A DNA stretch of 64,000 nt from a virus: positions 11,503-75,502 of the IMG/VR virus record IMGVR_UViG_3300024302_000005; one strand, 5' to 3'. Below the pieces are notes generated by a model. The model made no database searches. It was not told the DNA's origin and saw nothing but the letters and a program-made list of their open reading frames with translations. Below are positions 44,674 through 55,058 of this stretch, one piece after another (positions within the stretch are counted from its first letter, which is position 1; each line of letters starts with the position of its first letter). The position numbers and the translations under genes are program-made.

Positions 44674-47598
44674 CTAAGCCATATCAGTATTAAACAAAGT
44701 GTCTCTTATTCCATCGATATTGTAGATTTCGAACTGTAATGGGACAGATTCAACCGATTGAGAAATAAGAGCTGGTGGCGACATAGGGTTATCTATTGCC
44801 GCAGTAACATAAGTACTAAGTAGATTAATCGGGGTAAATCCGTCATGATCTAACATTAAACCCCTACGTATTTTATCGAGATAATATTGGCGGGTATCCG
44901 TTATTTCCCTGAATTGTTCCTCAGCTGCTGAAAGATCTTCGTATTCTCCTTCTACGTAGATCTCTGCCACACGGCTGATATACGTTGTGGATGTCCCAAA
45001 CATCTTAGCTACATCGAAGAAGTCGATGGAGTTAAAGCTCATGGTATCGAAATTGAAGGATCCCATTGTAACACTAGCTACAATACTCAGAGCTACAGCC
45101 AATTCAGGTTCATCTTTAGCAACCATGGTGATGGCTGCCTTAATGATCTGATTCTGAATAAATCCAATAGCAAAGCTAAGTAGAGTGGGTGCCCAGGCTA
45201 TTGTACTAACCCCTGCGATACCCGCAGTCACGGTAGCTGTAGATACGATACCGGTTACAGGGGCAGATATTGATAAAACCCCTCCAGTAAGAAACTGACC
45301 TGTACCTGTTATGGTCACGAGGCCTGACTCAGCTATGGTGACAGGGACTGCTGTCACAGCTCCACCACCAGAGGCGAGCCCAGTACCTACTGCAGAGCCA
45401 CCAGCAGCCCCTCCAGCTGCTCCTCCACCTGCGGCAGCCGTACCCTGAAAAGCAGCAGATAGATAAGGAGCTACGTAAAACGCTACAACAATTAGGATAA
45501 TGATGAAAACAATCATCAATAAACTACCAAATCCACTAGTCTCAATAATCTCAAAATGAGCTATATAGATAGATGCATGTGTGCCGGCCAGGAATAACTG
45601 GGTCATCTCCCGGTTAGATAGTTCATCTACGAAATTGTAAATAAACGGTACCATTAAGTCATCTGGCGCACCCAGGTTAAATTTGACCATCCGGAAGTTA
45701 CCGGTGTCCCCGTCAACTACCTTCAGGGCCCCGATAGGACCAGCTACGGTGTAGGCGTCTAATCCAGATACATCACAGTAATAATAGGTGATACTTTGGC
45801 CTGAGGTGGTCTCTTCAGAGGCCCCTGGGACAATCTGTAATGTTCCACTTGCATTCTCGTATACCAGATCAGGGGTTAGGTATAACAGGGAGCTAACAGA
45901 GCCATCCGGATCATTTAATGTCAGGGTATAGCGCATGCGCGCTGTTACCTGCATCCAGTTGGTGGCTTCACCAGTTGTTGTACCGGGGTTCACTACACCA
46001 CTACCAGCTAAGAACAATGCCACCTCAGCAAGGGTGTCGGCTTTGTACCCTACGTTATAGGTGCCCTTACCTGAGGATACGTAGTAAGGGGATACCAGAT
46101 CTCCTCCGGAGAACCTGGACATATCTGAGTAATAGATACCGTTCTCAACACTGCCACTATCTGCATCAATCTCAGTTACCGTAAAATGCTCATAGGTAAC
46201 ATAGTTGAACTGGAACAGGAATTTATAGTCATCTGTGGTCACTATTACGTTGTTGACTGGCTTATCATCAGATGCTGGTGCAGCGTCATAAAGACCCTTG
46301 GTAACGCCCTGTGCAGGGTACAGATTCAGGAATATCTTAAATAGATACCCCATACCTGCTTGGGACGTATCCCACATACGCACACCGAAATTGATGTAGA
46401 TATGGTCTAAATCACCCGGATCTACATCAGGATCATCCAATATGGAGTCTAAAACGGCTTCTGCATCCAAACTAACTAATTTACAGAGATCCTCAATCTG
46501 CTGCTGTTTAGCAGCTGGGAAGGTCGTGTAGTTATCGTTGCTTATCCGTAATGGAATAGCAGGCATGCACTGCAATACAGTGGCGTCAATGTTAATAGGA
46601 TTCTCTGGATCATCTAGATCCGGGTACGTTCCTGTGCCTACCTGATAAACAAATATGTACTGCCGGGCTGGCGCACTATTGGCATAATAATAAGAAATGT
46701 AGTGCATGCCTGTAGGCCTACTAGGCACGGTGTAGGGCAGCACCACTTCCACCCCGGCATCATTATAGACTGTAATGGTGTAGGTATCTGGGCCTTCGTT
46801 GTAGACTGTAGCACCAAAATCTACATGGAAACGGGTATCCGCCAACATAGCATCAGAAGTAGCTACTTCATCGGTGATAGTTATCTGGTGATTCTTAACG
46901 GTCACATCCGTGGTAGTTCCGGCAGAGGTGGATTCACTAATCGATCCCAGATCGGTTGTCAGCTCGTCAAACGAGGTTACCTCGTTGCTCACTTCAATCA
47001 GCATATTATACAGGACAGTGCTGGAAGTAGATCCTGGAGATGTAGAGGTAGAGGGGAAAGCCCCACTGCCTATTACGTTTGCACCCACATCATAATCGGT
47101 ATTATCTTGAAGCCACTTCCGGATCCAGGAATTGGTATCTAAGGCTCCTACATACGACTGCTCAGGGGTACAAGCTTCACCCTGTTCTATAGCAAGAGCA
47201 GCTGCCAGCTCCACATATTCCACATATGTGATAGCAGACTCAAGATCAGGAAAACCTTCAAAATAGTCTCCATCTTCAATAAAATTGGTAAATTTACGCA
47301 GATTTCCCTTAATACTACGGAAAGCACTAGCGTAAATTAGATCTGCAGCAATATCCGAATTAGTGAGAATAGCCGCAGCTACCACATTACCTAACTGGTT
47401 ATGACTATCAGGCTCATCAAATAACTTGATGTTATGTACTTCATAATACTCAACAGTCTGCTCTGTATCGAAACCCAATAGAGACATAATCGCAGAAAGA
47501 ACTATCTCAACAATCTGAATAATAATTTCGACGATTACAGTGATGATCTCAATTATGACTTCAAATACAGCCGAAATAATGTTGGCAATGAAGCTCAT
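44674..47598 (-). CDS. large structural protein (N4 gp53-like)
   Basis: conserved gene order; acidic with hydrophobic and Gly/Ala-rich segments. Confidence 0.7.
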   Translation of the reverse strand: MSFIANIISAVFEVIIEIITVIVEIIIQIVEIVLSAIMSLLGFDTEQTVEYYEVHNIKLFDEPDSHNQLGNVVAAAILTNSDIAADLIYASAFRSIKGNLRKFTNFIEDGDYFEGFPDLESAITYVEYVELAAALAIEQGEACTPEQSYVGALDTNSWIRKWLQDNTDYDVGANVIGSGAFPSTSTSPGSTSSTVLYNMLIEVSNEVTSFDELTTDLGSISESTSAGTTTDVTVKNHQITITDEVATSDAMLADTRFHVDFGATVYNEGPDTYTITVYNDAGVEVVLPYTVPSRPTGMHYISYYYANSAPARQYIFVYQVGTGTYPDLDDPENPINIDATVLQCMPAIPLRISNDNYTTFPAAKQQQIEDLCKLVSLDAEAVLDSILDDPDVDPGDLDHIYINFGVRMWDTSQAGMGYLFKIFLNLYPAQGVTKGLYDAAPASDDKPVNNVIVTTDDYKFLFQFNYVTYEHFTVTEIDADSGSVENGIYYSDMSRFSGGDLVSPYYVSSGKGTYNVGYKADTLAEVALFLAGSGVVNPGTTTGEATNWMQVTARMRYTLTLNDPDGSVSSLLYLTPDLVYENASGTLQIVPGASEETTSGQSITYYYCDVSGLDAYTVAGPIGALKVVDGDTGNFRMVKFNLGAPDDLMVPFIYNFVDELSNREMTQLFLAGTHASIYIAHFEIIETSGFGSLLMIVFIIILIVVAFYVAPYLSAAFQGTAAAGGGAAGGAAGGSAVGTGLASGGGAVTAVPVTIAESGLVTITGTGQFLTGGVLSISAPVTGIVSTATVTAGIAGVSTIAWAPTLLSFAIGFIQNQIIKAAITMVAKDEPELAVALSIVASVTMGSFNFDTMSFNSIDFFDVAKMFGTSTTYISRVAEIYVEGEYEDLSAAEEQFREITDTRQYYLDKIRRGLMLDHDGFTPINLLSTYVTAAIDNPMSPPALISQSVESVPLQFEIYNIDGIRDTLFNTDMA

Positions 47599-47612
47599 TA
47601 GTTAACGCCCTG

Positions 47613-48155
47613 TTAGGTAGGCTCGGCGTTAGCAATCTGAGTATTAATATTGCCGGTACCAGTTTCGTTGATCGCTGTAACACCCGTAGATGCCACACCC
47701 GCAGTAGAGACGTTAATGCTCCATGCGTCCAGGATAGTCTTAAGGTACTTCTGATCAGCATTCCACTGGAAACCCTTAGCTTGCTCAGTGTACAGGACAC
47801 CTTGAGCTCCCATGATACTACCAACTGCAGGAGCAGTCTTGGAAGTTTGCTGGGTCTGGGCGTACTCAGTAATCTCTTTCTGAGCTAGTAGGGTGACTTC
47901 TGCATTGGTCCGTAGCACCTCTGCATTAGTCTTCTCTGTACCAAGAACAAATGCAGCAGCTTGCTGCATAGCTACCTGGATGGCTCCCAGATACACGGTG
48001 GCGTAATCTGTACCGGTAATACGGCCAAGATTGAATTGAGCATCCAGGTGAGCTGTAGCAGCTTCCATTAGATCATCAAATACACCATCGCCGGTAACTA
48101 CGTTAGCGGCACTGGTAGCAATATTGGTTGTTAGATTAGCTACGGTAATCGTCAT
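47613..48155 (-). CDS. structural protein (N4 gp54-like)
   Basis: GDGVFDDLM...HL..QF..GRITG.DYA.VY. Confidence 0.8.
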   Translation of the reverse strand: MTITVANLTTNIATSAANVVTGDGVFDDLMEAATAHLDAQFNLGRITGTDYATVYLGAIQVAMQQAAAFVLGTEKTNAEVLRTNAEVTLLAQKEITEYAQTQQTSKTAPAVGSIMGAQGVLYTEQAKGFQWNADQKYLKTILDAWSINVSTAGVASTGVTAINETGTGNINTQIANAEPT

Positions 48156-48157
48156 GA

Positions 48158-48760
48158 TTAAGCGTCTCCACGAGCTTTCTGGGCTGTGCCAATGGCGGCG
48201 ATTTCTTCAGCGGATAAATCGTCCAGGCGTTGGACGTTAAACTTCTTAGTCAAATAAGCCTGAAGAGTCTTCTCACCATTAGGCAGAGTGATCGGCCGGA
48301 ACTTCTGCATCTGGGCAGAGTCGATCTGATCGAGGATGATCTGTGGGATGTGCCAACCTTCGTCGTTATTGAAGGGCACGAATTTCTTAATCATACGGCC
48401 GTTGTTAACCGCGGAACTACCAACGGTAAAGATAAGGCCTGGATAGGTAGCCATCAATGGATCATTGGGGCTGACGATGACACGAACAAGGGCCATGGCA
48501 CGTTGTTCTTTGGTCATCTTGCTGCCCTTAGGCAGCTTGGTCACTGACTTAGACAGTTCAGGGTCAACAGTTGGTTTAGCAGCTGTATGAGCCCGCTCAT
48601 TGGACTCTTCAGGCTTGGAAGCAGCTGCCTTGTAAGTACCAGCACGAACATCTTCCAGAGTAGAGCGCAGCTTGTCAGTCCCCGTTTTATGATGAAGGAC
48701 CACTTCGTTAGCTTTTAGCTCTTCCCGGATTTCCTCATCAGTCATTTCGGAGATTTCCAT
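48158..48760 (-). CDS. N4 gp55-like protein
   Basis: LVRVIV...P...G.IFTVG...KKFVPF...GWHIP. Confidence 0.8.
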   Translation of the reverse strand: MEISEMTDEEIREELKANEVVLHHKTGTDKLRSTLEDVRAGTYKAAASKPEESNERAHTAAKPTVDPELSKSVTKLPKGSKMTKEQRAMALVRVIVSPNDPLMATYPGLIFTVGSSAVNNGRMIKKFVPFNNDEGWHIPQIILDQIDSAQMQKFRPITLPNGEKTLQAYLTKKFNVQRLDDLSAEEIAAIGTAQKARGDA

Positions 48761-48786
48761 CGTGTCGTATTCCTTAGTTAATTATT

Positions 48787-48822
48787 AAAAGTAGCCCCCA
48801 GGAGTTTCCTCCCAGGGGCCGG
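48787..48822 (-). terminator. terminator downstream of the major capsid gene
   Basis: GCCCCTGGGAG-GAAA-CTCCTGGGGGC followed by TACTTTT on the minus strand. Confidence 0.7.
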
Positions 48823-48827
48823 TTTTA

Positions 48828-50105
48828 TTAGACAGCTACGAGAGCAGTCCAGATAATACCAAGACGTTCAGGGCGCAGAGCCATAAAGCCGTAGTACCAT
48901 TTGATCGAATAGAACCCGATCTCGCCGTAAGGATCATCGCGGTTAGCGATCTCTTTACCAGGCTTCTTGTGGTTGACCACAAACTTGACGGACTTACCGT
49001 CAGTCTGGAAGCCAATGGTAGTAAAGGCACCATCACCAACGACCAGCATTGGGTAGATGTCCGCACCGTTTTGACCGTTACCGGCTGTATCAGCAGCAGA
49101 AGCACCACCACCTTCGTCGTACTGCATCTCAGGAACAACCACGATACGGAACTGGTCAATTGAACCAATTTCGCCATTCATGATGTTGCCGGCATCAGCA
49201 TACTTCTCAACAGAGACGAATGCAGGTGCACTATGCAGGTCAACCATTGCCCGCAGAGCTGGGATCAGCTCTGAACCAACGTACATGACACGGCCACCAT
49301 TAATGGTCTTCGTATCAATCATACGGCTACCGGCGATGATCTTCGTCTGCTTTGGAGTCTTGTTGTTGTCCAGAGCAATCGAGAGGTTCATCAGATCGGT
49401 ATATGTAACAACTTCGTCAACGGTCAGCTTAGTCGTGCCGCCCATGTAATAAGCTGTACCGTTAGCTGTGGCATTGGTGATCAGATCTGCCTGAAGCTCG
49501 GCTTCAGTCAGTTCGTTGGCACCAACCAGGGCTTCCGTGGTGATATGGGACAGCAGCTCGGCGTCCGAATCAAAGTCCATGGATTCCTGAGTGTATTCCG
49601 TGAAGAAACCACGCTTATACAAGTCACCTTCGACTTGCAGACGGGTGAAACCAACACGGTTAACACGCCCACCGTTCTCAGTCAGAGCCGGGATCTTGGA
49701 AGTAATAGTACCGGTATCTTTGGAAGAGCCATACAAGAACTGACCATTCTCAGCGACTTCACCACCAACACCAGCGGCTGTTACTGCAGCGCCTTCGTTA
49801 GCTTCTGTGGAGCTTTGCAGCACACCAGAAGAGTTCCAGGCTGACCAAGTACCAGCAGTCAGAGCTGTACCAGCGGCATCAATGCCCTGGTCATTTACGT
49901 TGCGATCGTCGAGCAAGGGGACATATACGTCCTGCTTGATCTTTTTACCCATATGCTTAGGCATGGCGCGAACGTCAGCCAAAGGCATAAAGTATTGCTG
50001 ATCACGAACAGCAATGATGGCTTTTTTGTAGTAATAATCAGTACGGGCCTGTGCACCAATCTTGGACGGGGTTCCACCCGCAGGGTCGTTATAGAGCTGT
50101 ACCAT
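48828..50105 (-). CDS. major capsid protein (N4 gp56-like)
   Basis: [54 protein letters not shown]. Confidence 0.95.
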   Translation of the reverse strand: MVQLYNDPAGGTPSKIGAQARTDYYYKKAIIAVRDQQYFMPLADVRAMPKHMGKKIKQDVYVPLLDDRNVNDQGIDAAGTALTAGTWSAWNSSGVLQSSTEANEGAAVTAAGVGGEVAENGQFLYGSSKDTGTITSKIPALTENGGRVNRVGFTRLQVEGDLYKRGFFTEYTQESMDFDSDAELLSHITTEALVGANELTEAELQADLITNATANGTAYYMGGTTKLTVDEVVTYTDLMNLSIALDNNKTPKQTKIIAGSRMIDTKTINGGRVMYVGSELIPALRAMVDLHSAPAFVSVEKYADAGNIMNGEIGSIDQFRIVVVPEMQYDEGGGASAADTAGNGQNGADIYPMLVVGDGAFTTIGFQTDGKSVKFVVNHKKPGKEIANRDDPYGEIGFYSIKWYYGFMALRPERLGIIWTALVAV

Positions 50106-50135
50106 TGGTAAAGTTCCTCAATGAGAGTTTACCAG

Positions 50136-51311
50136 CTAGGTTGTCCCATACTTCTTCATGAATTCGTCATCAGAGAGTCCCAAGAAATCTTCGGAGTTCC
50201 CTTTGTCTTTTCCAGAAGGAGCATGTTTAGCTGGCGCTGCTGCATTACGCTTATTCTTACGCTCTGCATCAGCTTTGGATTTATCGTCATTCTCTTGAGA
50301 TACGTTTGCAGCTTTAGGGCTATCTGTCACAGGTTCGAGAATACCATCTTTTTGAAGCTGATCAGCGATTTGCTTGTAGGCGTCAACATCGGAAATGCCA
50401 TCTAGTCTACCTAGGGCCTTCTCCTGTTGCATCACTGAATTAACCTTATCGTACACACCATTTTCCATGTGCGCGTTGATAACGCTAATAATGGTCGGGT
50501 TATCAGAAACAGTAGCTTTGCTACCTTCATCCCATTCCTTAGTCAAAACGTCGATAGTTTTGCTAAAAGAAGGAGACTCTTTAATCCCGTCCAGCACTTG
50601 ATCTAGATCGTATTCTTTATCTGAAACAGAGTAATCCGTAGGCTTGTAGTCATCCGTGGATGCATCCGTATCAACATCAAGAGGGTCTATCCCACTTTCT
50701 TTGATCAGCTTAGCTACTGCTACAGGATCCTTCTTCGACAGATCAATGAGGTTGTGCAACTTGGCCTCGTCGAGGAGACCGTTGTTTTCCAACATCTTGA
50801 TTACCTTCAGATTAGGCTTCATTTGAGCCATCTTCTTCTGGTAGTTAGCGCCCATCTGCATCAGACGGACGATATCCTGAGGATCGGAAACCTGCATATC
50901 AGAGCCATTGGCTTTGAAAGGTTTAGTGACCTCTTTATATGCACTTTCGTAATTAAACTCGGTGGTATCCTGGGTATCCCCATTCGTTTCCGTTGAGTCT
51001 TCATCACCAGTATCAGGAGATTCTGATTCATCACCCTCTGAGGAAGTTTCGAGCTCTTGTTGGGTATCCCCGTCAAGTTGGCCTACTTCTTCTTCGTCAG
51101 CTGTTTCTTCAGTGTGCTCTTGTGCTTCACTATTTTCTTCCTCTGTTTGACCAGAGGTCTCTTCTGCTGAGGTTTGACCCTCAGCAAGCTCTTCTGACGC
51201 CTCACCTTCAGCTTCGACCACTGGGTCGTCGGCCATGAAGGCAGATTCGTCTTGATTCATAAAGTCCTCATCGGACATTGTGAGTGCGCTTGCTGTATTT
51301 TCTCCAGCCAT
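50136..51311 (-). CDS. N4 gp57-like protein (acidic N-terminus; scaffold/tape-measure-like)
   Basis: PFKANG...LMQMGANY.KKM; MSDEDF-like motifs at both ends. Confidence 0.85.
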   Translation of the reverse strand: MAGENTASALTMSDEDFMNQDESAFMADDPVVEAEGEASEELAEGQTSAEETSGQTEEENSEAQEHTEETADEEEVGQLDGDTQQELETSSEGDESESPDTGDEDSTETNGDTQDTTEFNYESAYKEVTKPFKANGSDMQVSDPQDIVRLMQMGANYQKKMAQMKPNLKVIKMLENNGLLDEAKLHNLIDLSKKDPVAVAKLIKESGIDPLDVDTDASTDDYKPTDYSVSDKEYDLDQVLDGIKESPSFSKTIDVLTKEWDEGSKATVSDNPTIISVINAHMENGVYDKVNSVMQQEKALGRLDGISDVDAYKQIADQLQKDGILEPVTDSPKAANVSQENDDKSKADAERKNKRNAAAPAKHAPSGKDKGNSEDFLGLSDDEFMKKYGTT

Positions 51312-51664
51312 TATGCAGCTACCTCATCAACATCCGTAATATCTTCAGCCAGGATATCCTGGCGGGTTTGCTCATGTTCGCCAATGGCTTCATCCATTTC
51401 GGCACCACGACGCATAACCATATCAAAGTACTGAGCCAAGGCACCAACACCGGTAATCATGTTGTCGATCATTTTCTGGCTATCGTCACCCAGGTTAGGG
51501 TTACTCTTTGCCATGACCAGTCGAGCGGCTTCTTCCTGGAAGTAGCCTTTTTCAATGACATCCTTAAATGCCTTGGTGTTGGACAGCTTAACATAGCTAT
51601 CACGCAAAGAGCGCATGCTCTTGGCTACATCAATTTGAATTTCGACTTGTTCGAGATCGTTCAT
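51311..51664 (-). CDS. N4 gp58-like protein
   Basis: FK.VI..GYF..EAARLV. Confidence 0.8.
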   Translation of the reverse strand: MNDLEQVEIQIDVAKSMRSLRDSYVKLSNTKAFKDVIEKGYFQEEAARLVMAKSNPNLGDDSQKMIDNMITGVGALAQYFDMVMRRGAEMDEAIGEHEQTRQDILAEDITDVDEVAA

Positions 51665-51697
51665 AAAACACCTGTTTTTGAGCTAAATGGGCCAGAA

Positions 51698-53737
51698 TCA
51701 GTTAGATTGTGATCCATTAATAGCGTCAAAGGCCTTATTGTCAAGATTACTTAATCGATCATGCTCTTTACCTTCCATGGTTTGAGCATGCTTAATTTCA
51801 TTAGCTTCCGTCTCTCGAGCGTTAGCTACACCAGATTCACGTTCTACAAAGTCCAGATCCTTGCCATCTGAATCACTATCCATGTTGCGGGCCTTGGCCT
51901 GCTCAGTGGCTGTCTTAGCGGTCTTCAGCTGGACATCTACTGCATTCTCTTGGCCTTTAGCAGTCTCGTTGGCTACTTGTGCCTCGAGCAGTGCAATCTC
52001 CAACATAGCCTTTTTCTGAGCTAATGGATCCGGCTCTGGCTTAAATTCAATGATCTTTTTACCTAGGGCAGGCATTTTACGTAATTTAGCAATATCAGCT
52101 AAAACGATCTGACTCATCTCCATTGGCATCGTATTGCCCATGGTTTGGAGCATAAATGCCAATTCACTGGCCTTTTGCTCATCAGCCTCTGCAGTAGAGA
52201 TATCCAGCTTAATGTCGTATTTACCACCAAGATCATTACGATCGATGCTAACCAACTCTTCGTTGGTTATCCGGATGACTTCTTGGTCATCCAGGAATTC
52301 AGCATTCATCGAGATAATCTTACGGCCGATCTTATTCATGCCGTTGGAGAGCCTGCGCAGGATACCAAGCTCACGCTTGGATGTAGCATCAAGGGCTGAC
52401 CTAATACCAGTGGCCGTAGTTCCCAGTGCCTGGCCTGAAATGCCCTGTGTGAACGCCTTAACCCCTGTCAGGGCCTCAGCGTCGTTATTCTGCATATTGA
52501 GTACTTCTAGCGCAGATCTAGGGATTTCTGGATAAACATCCATGTGAAACGCTTGTTTAGGGTCCACATTGGCATTAAATTTGTAATCTTCGCCGCGTGA
52601 GAACTTACGTGCGTTGGTGACGTCGAGAGCGTCCTTACGAATACCTTGCTGGCCATTAGCGCTACGGCCAATGATATCAATAATACCACGAGTAACAGCA
52701 CCAACAATCTTTTGGTTATCTTCGATAAGCTGGGCATCGGGTTCACCATACAGGTTCTTACGACGAGGAAGGTACTGAACTAAAACAAAGGGCAGCTTCT
52801 TATCAGGAAAGGGATTCAGCTCCATCCGGATAATTGTGCTACCGACCCAGGTAACCACAATAGGCTGGACTTCGTTAGTGCCTTCGATATCCCAGAAGCC
52901 CCAGTATTCACGGGCTACTATGCGCTTACGGGCGTCATCCTTAAACGTGAAGTTCTCATCACCAGTTATTACGTGATCAGGCTCGTTGAGTACGGTAGTG
53001 CCCTCAAGGTTAATATTATCGAGATTCTTATATCGCCCATCCTTCTTCAGCTCTGCCATAGAGGTGTCGAAGCTATAGATAGCGAAGGTAGCCTTATCCA
53101 CATCACCGTTACAGGTGGGATCCAGAACTATGTTCTGGTAGGCACAAACATCAAGTGTGGGCTGGTTCTTGGTGATAACGGTCTGCATCTCTTCCCGTTC
53201 ACCGACTTTAACTTCTTGAACAACAGGGCCCTCAGGACCCATAACTTGTTGTTGCTCCATAATAGGTATGTAGACTTTACGCTCTTCTTCAGCGAACTCC
53301 CAGCCTACACGAACTATAGCAGTACCTTCATCTACGGCAGCTCGGACATACTCATCAACGAAAGCTACCTTGTCGAGGCGACAATTGATCTGGTAGTTAA
53401 GAACTGCGCCGTTTTGCTCAGCAGTCTCTTTATCTTCGAATGTAGCAGGAGAAGTGTTAAACAAGTCATCGGTAGACAGGAATGGCTCTGATAAAGCTGC
53501 ATAACGCCACTCTGCTTGTTTACGGGCTAACTTAGGGATGATCTTGGATCTACCCTGTTTAGTCGTAACTGCCTGCACACCATTAAGGACATTAAGCCAC
53601 GCAGCTACTTCTGTGGTATGAGCAGTATGTGCCGGCTGTGCAGCTTCTAGATCCGCTTTAAGATCTGTGAGCTTAGGCGGGTTCTTCCAATCTACCAGAC
53701 TGGTTTCATCCGTTTCTGTTGCATCGTTATCTTCCAT
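51698..53737 (-). CDS. portal protein (N4 gp59-like)
   Basis: PKLARKQAEWRYAALSEPFL, GAVTRG.ID..GRSANGQ, EALTGVKAF..G. Confidence 0.95.
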   Translation of the reverse strand: MEDNDATETDETSLVDWKNPPKLTDLKADLEAAQPAHTAHTTEVAAWLNVLNGVQAVTTKQGRSKIIPKLARKQAEWRYAALSEPFLSTDDLFNTSPATFEDKETAEQNGAVLNYQINCRLDKVAFVDEYVRAAVDEGTAIVRVGWEFAEEERKVYIPIMEQQQVMGPEGPVVQEVKVGEREEMQTVITKNQPTLDVCAYQNIVLDPTCNGDVDKATFAIYSFDTSMAELKKDGRYKNLDNINLEGTTVLNEPDHVITGDENFTFKDDARKRIVAREYWGFWDIEGTNEVQPIVVTWVGSTIIRMELNPFPDKKLPFVLVQYLPRRKNLYGEPDAQLIEDNQKIVGAVTRGIIDIIGRSANGQQGIRKDALDVTNARKFSRGEDYKFNANVDPKQAFHMDVYPEIPRSALEVLNMQNNDAEALTGVKAFTQGISGQALGTTATGIRSALDATSKRELGILRRLSNGMNKIGRKIISMNAEFLDDQEVIRITNEELVSIDRNDLGGKYDIKLDISTAEADEQKASELAFMLQTMGNTMPMEMSQIVLADIAKLRKMPALGKKIIEFKPEPDPLAQKKAMLEIALLEAQVANETAKGQENAVDVQLKTAKTATEQAKARNMDSDSDGKDLDFVERESGVANARETEANEIKHAQTMEGKEHDRLSNLDNKAFDAINGSQSN

Positions 53738-53740
53738 AGA

Positions 53741-54076
53741 TCAACCAGCCCTTTGGGTATGTTTCGCAAAGGCACTGTATTGATCTTTTAAGGAATTATC
53801 AACCGTGTAAATTTTAAGGCCATCTACAGTACTGTGGTAATGTACGTAATTAGCAAACATATTATTATTCTCGGCTAGGTCAACAGTACAATAGATATCA
53901 TCACCTGTGACAACTTCCGATACAAAGTATTTCCATAACGTAACAAAGCTGCGCTTAGCTGCTAAGTTATTAGATACGATTATCCCAGCTATTACGTACC
54001 CGTTAAGTTCACGGTTAAATCGATAAAAGAGAATCGATTCGCCTTCTTGAATTAAGCTGCAGTGAGAAAATAACAT
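53741..54076 (-). CDS. hypothetical protein (possibly acyltransferase-like alpha/beta fold)
   Basis: tightly packed between the ACP and portal genes; the fold is a guess only. Confidence 0.5.
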   Translation of the reverse strand: MLFSHCSLIQEGESILFYRFNRELNGYVIAGIIVSNNLAAKRSFVTLWKYFVSEVVTGDDIYCTVDLAENNNMFANYVHYHSTVDGLKIYTVDNSLKDQYSAFAKHTQRAG

Positions 54077-54084
54077 TTTATGCC

Positions 54085-54330
54085 TTAATTTATGTAATTT
54101 TTTATATCCATAGCGGTTAGGGGATTTTTGAGCATTAGCTCATCCACCTTCTCACTAGATATATCAAACTCTTCTTCCACCCGCATAAACAACAATAGTA
54201 CCCCAAGACTATCCAGACCAGCAATATCTAAGGGAGTATCCATCGAGGTAACAGGGGTATATTGCCTAGGTGACGGTAACTCCTGTTTCCACACCTCGTT
54301 TATAATGTCCAAGATACGAGCGTCAGGCAT
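54085..54330 (-). CDS. acyl carrier protein-like
   Basis: 81 aa, acidic; GLDSL phosphopantetheine-site motif followed by VEEEFDI. Confidence 0.8.
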   Translation of the reverse strand: MPDARILDIINEVWKQELPSPRQYTPVTSMDTPLDIAGLDSLGVLLLFMRVEEEFDISSEKVDELMLKNPLTAMDIKNYIN

Positions 54331-54398
54331 ACTGGATTCCTTATCTGGTAGTCGTTAAAATATGTGCTAATACAATCGGTATTACAACAGGAGAGATT

Positions 54399-54674
54399 AT
54401 GTCAATACTTTATGAGTTCGTTCACAAATTCCCATCAGGTCAGGAATGCCATGTTGAAGCTGAGATTGAACCTCTTATACCTGCACACATTAATTGCCTT
54501 CCTGAAGACGCCACCCCGGAAGAAGGAGGGACAGCAGAAGTAACTGAAGTCACCGTTCTGGGGATTCCAATAGATCTATCAGATCTATGGATTAAAGCAA
54601 GATCCGACAAATTTGTAACAATTTATGATAGTTTAGGGGAAATAGCTTATGAAAAATGGGCAAACGAACAATAA
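54399..54674 (+). CDS. hypothetical protein
   Basis: AGGAGAG SD; P.....PEDA.PEEGG pattern. Confidence 0.65.
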   Translation: MSILYEFVHKFPSGQECHVEAEIEPLIPAHINCLPEDATPEEGGTAEVTEVTVLGIPIDLSDLWIKARSDKFVTIYDSLGEIAYEKWANEQ

Positions 54675-54822
54675 ACCGAGGACTGGGGTAGTTACCCAAG
54701 AACTCGCAGACCAAGTTAAAGCGGGCCAAATGGGCTTCGCTATTGCAGTGCACAAATTAGTGAGCCTATCCCAAATGGAATTGGATATGGCCCAACATCT
54801 CATTCACGAAGCTATGCAATGA
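54649..54822 (+). CDS. small hypothetical protein (57 aa), not in the ORF track
   Basis: AGGGG SD; fills the gap; ATGA-coupled to the next ORF. Confidence 0.5.
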   Translation: MKNGQTNNKPRTGVVTQELADQVKAGQMGFAIAVHKLVSLSQMELDMAQHLIHEAMQ

Positions 54823-55058
54823 GCAAGCATTCAGGGATTCATGGAGTTCGGCCGACTACCGGTGGGATTCCTAGTGATAGCAGCAGGGCCCGCACATGTC
54901 AGTGGACAGACGGCTGCAAAAAGGACGTAGTCCTTAACTCCTATTGCGAAGAGCACTATAGGCGCTGCTACCAAGTGGGGTCAGCTCCTCGAGATGCAAA
55001 GAAAACCGCTGCATACAGACTAGTCGGTAAACTCGGCTGGGGAACAGGAAAAGGTTAA
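54819..55058 (+). CDS. GcrA C-terminal-like Zn-binding protein
   Basis: RTCQW...C.......YCEEH...CYQ resembles the GcrA TCxWP...FC...YCxxH...AYQ motif. Confidence 0.55.
   Translation: MSKHSGIHGVRPTTGGIPSDSSRARTCQWTDGCKKDVVLNSYCEEHYRRCYQVGSAPRDAKKTAAYRLVGKLGWGTGKG

Noticed and set aside
29958-53491. Many plus-strand ORFs (e.g. 38848-39861, 40189-40932) opposite the late genes
   Set aside because: Antisense shadows of long genuine genes; Ser/Ala/Leu-rich, with no SD sequences or recognisable motifs
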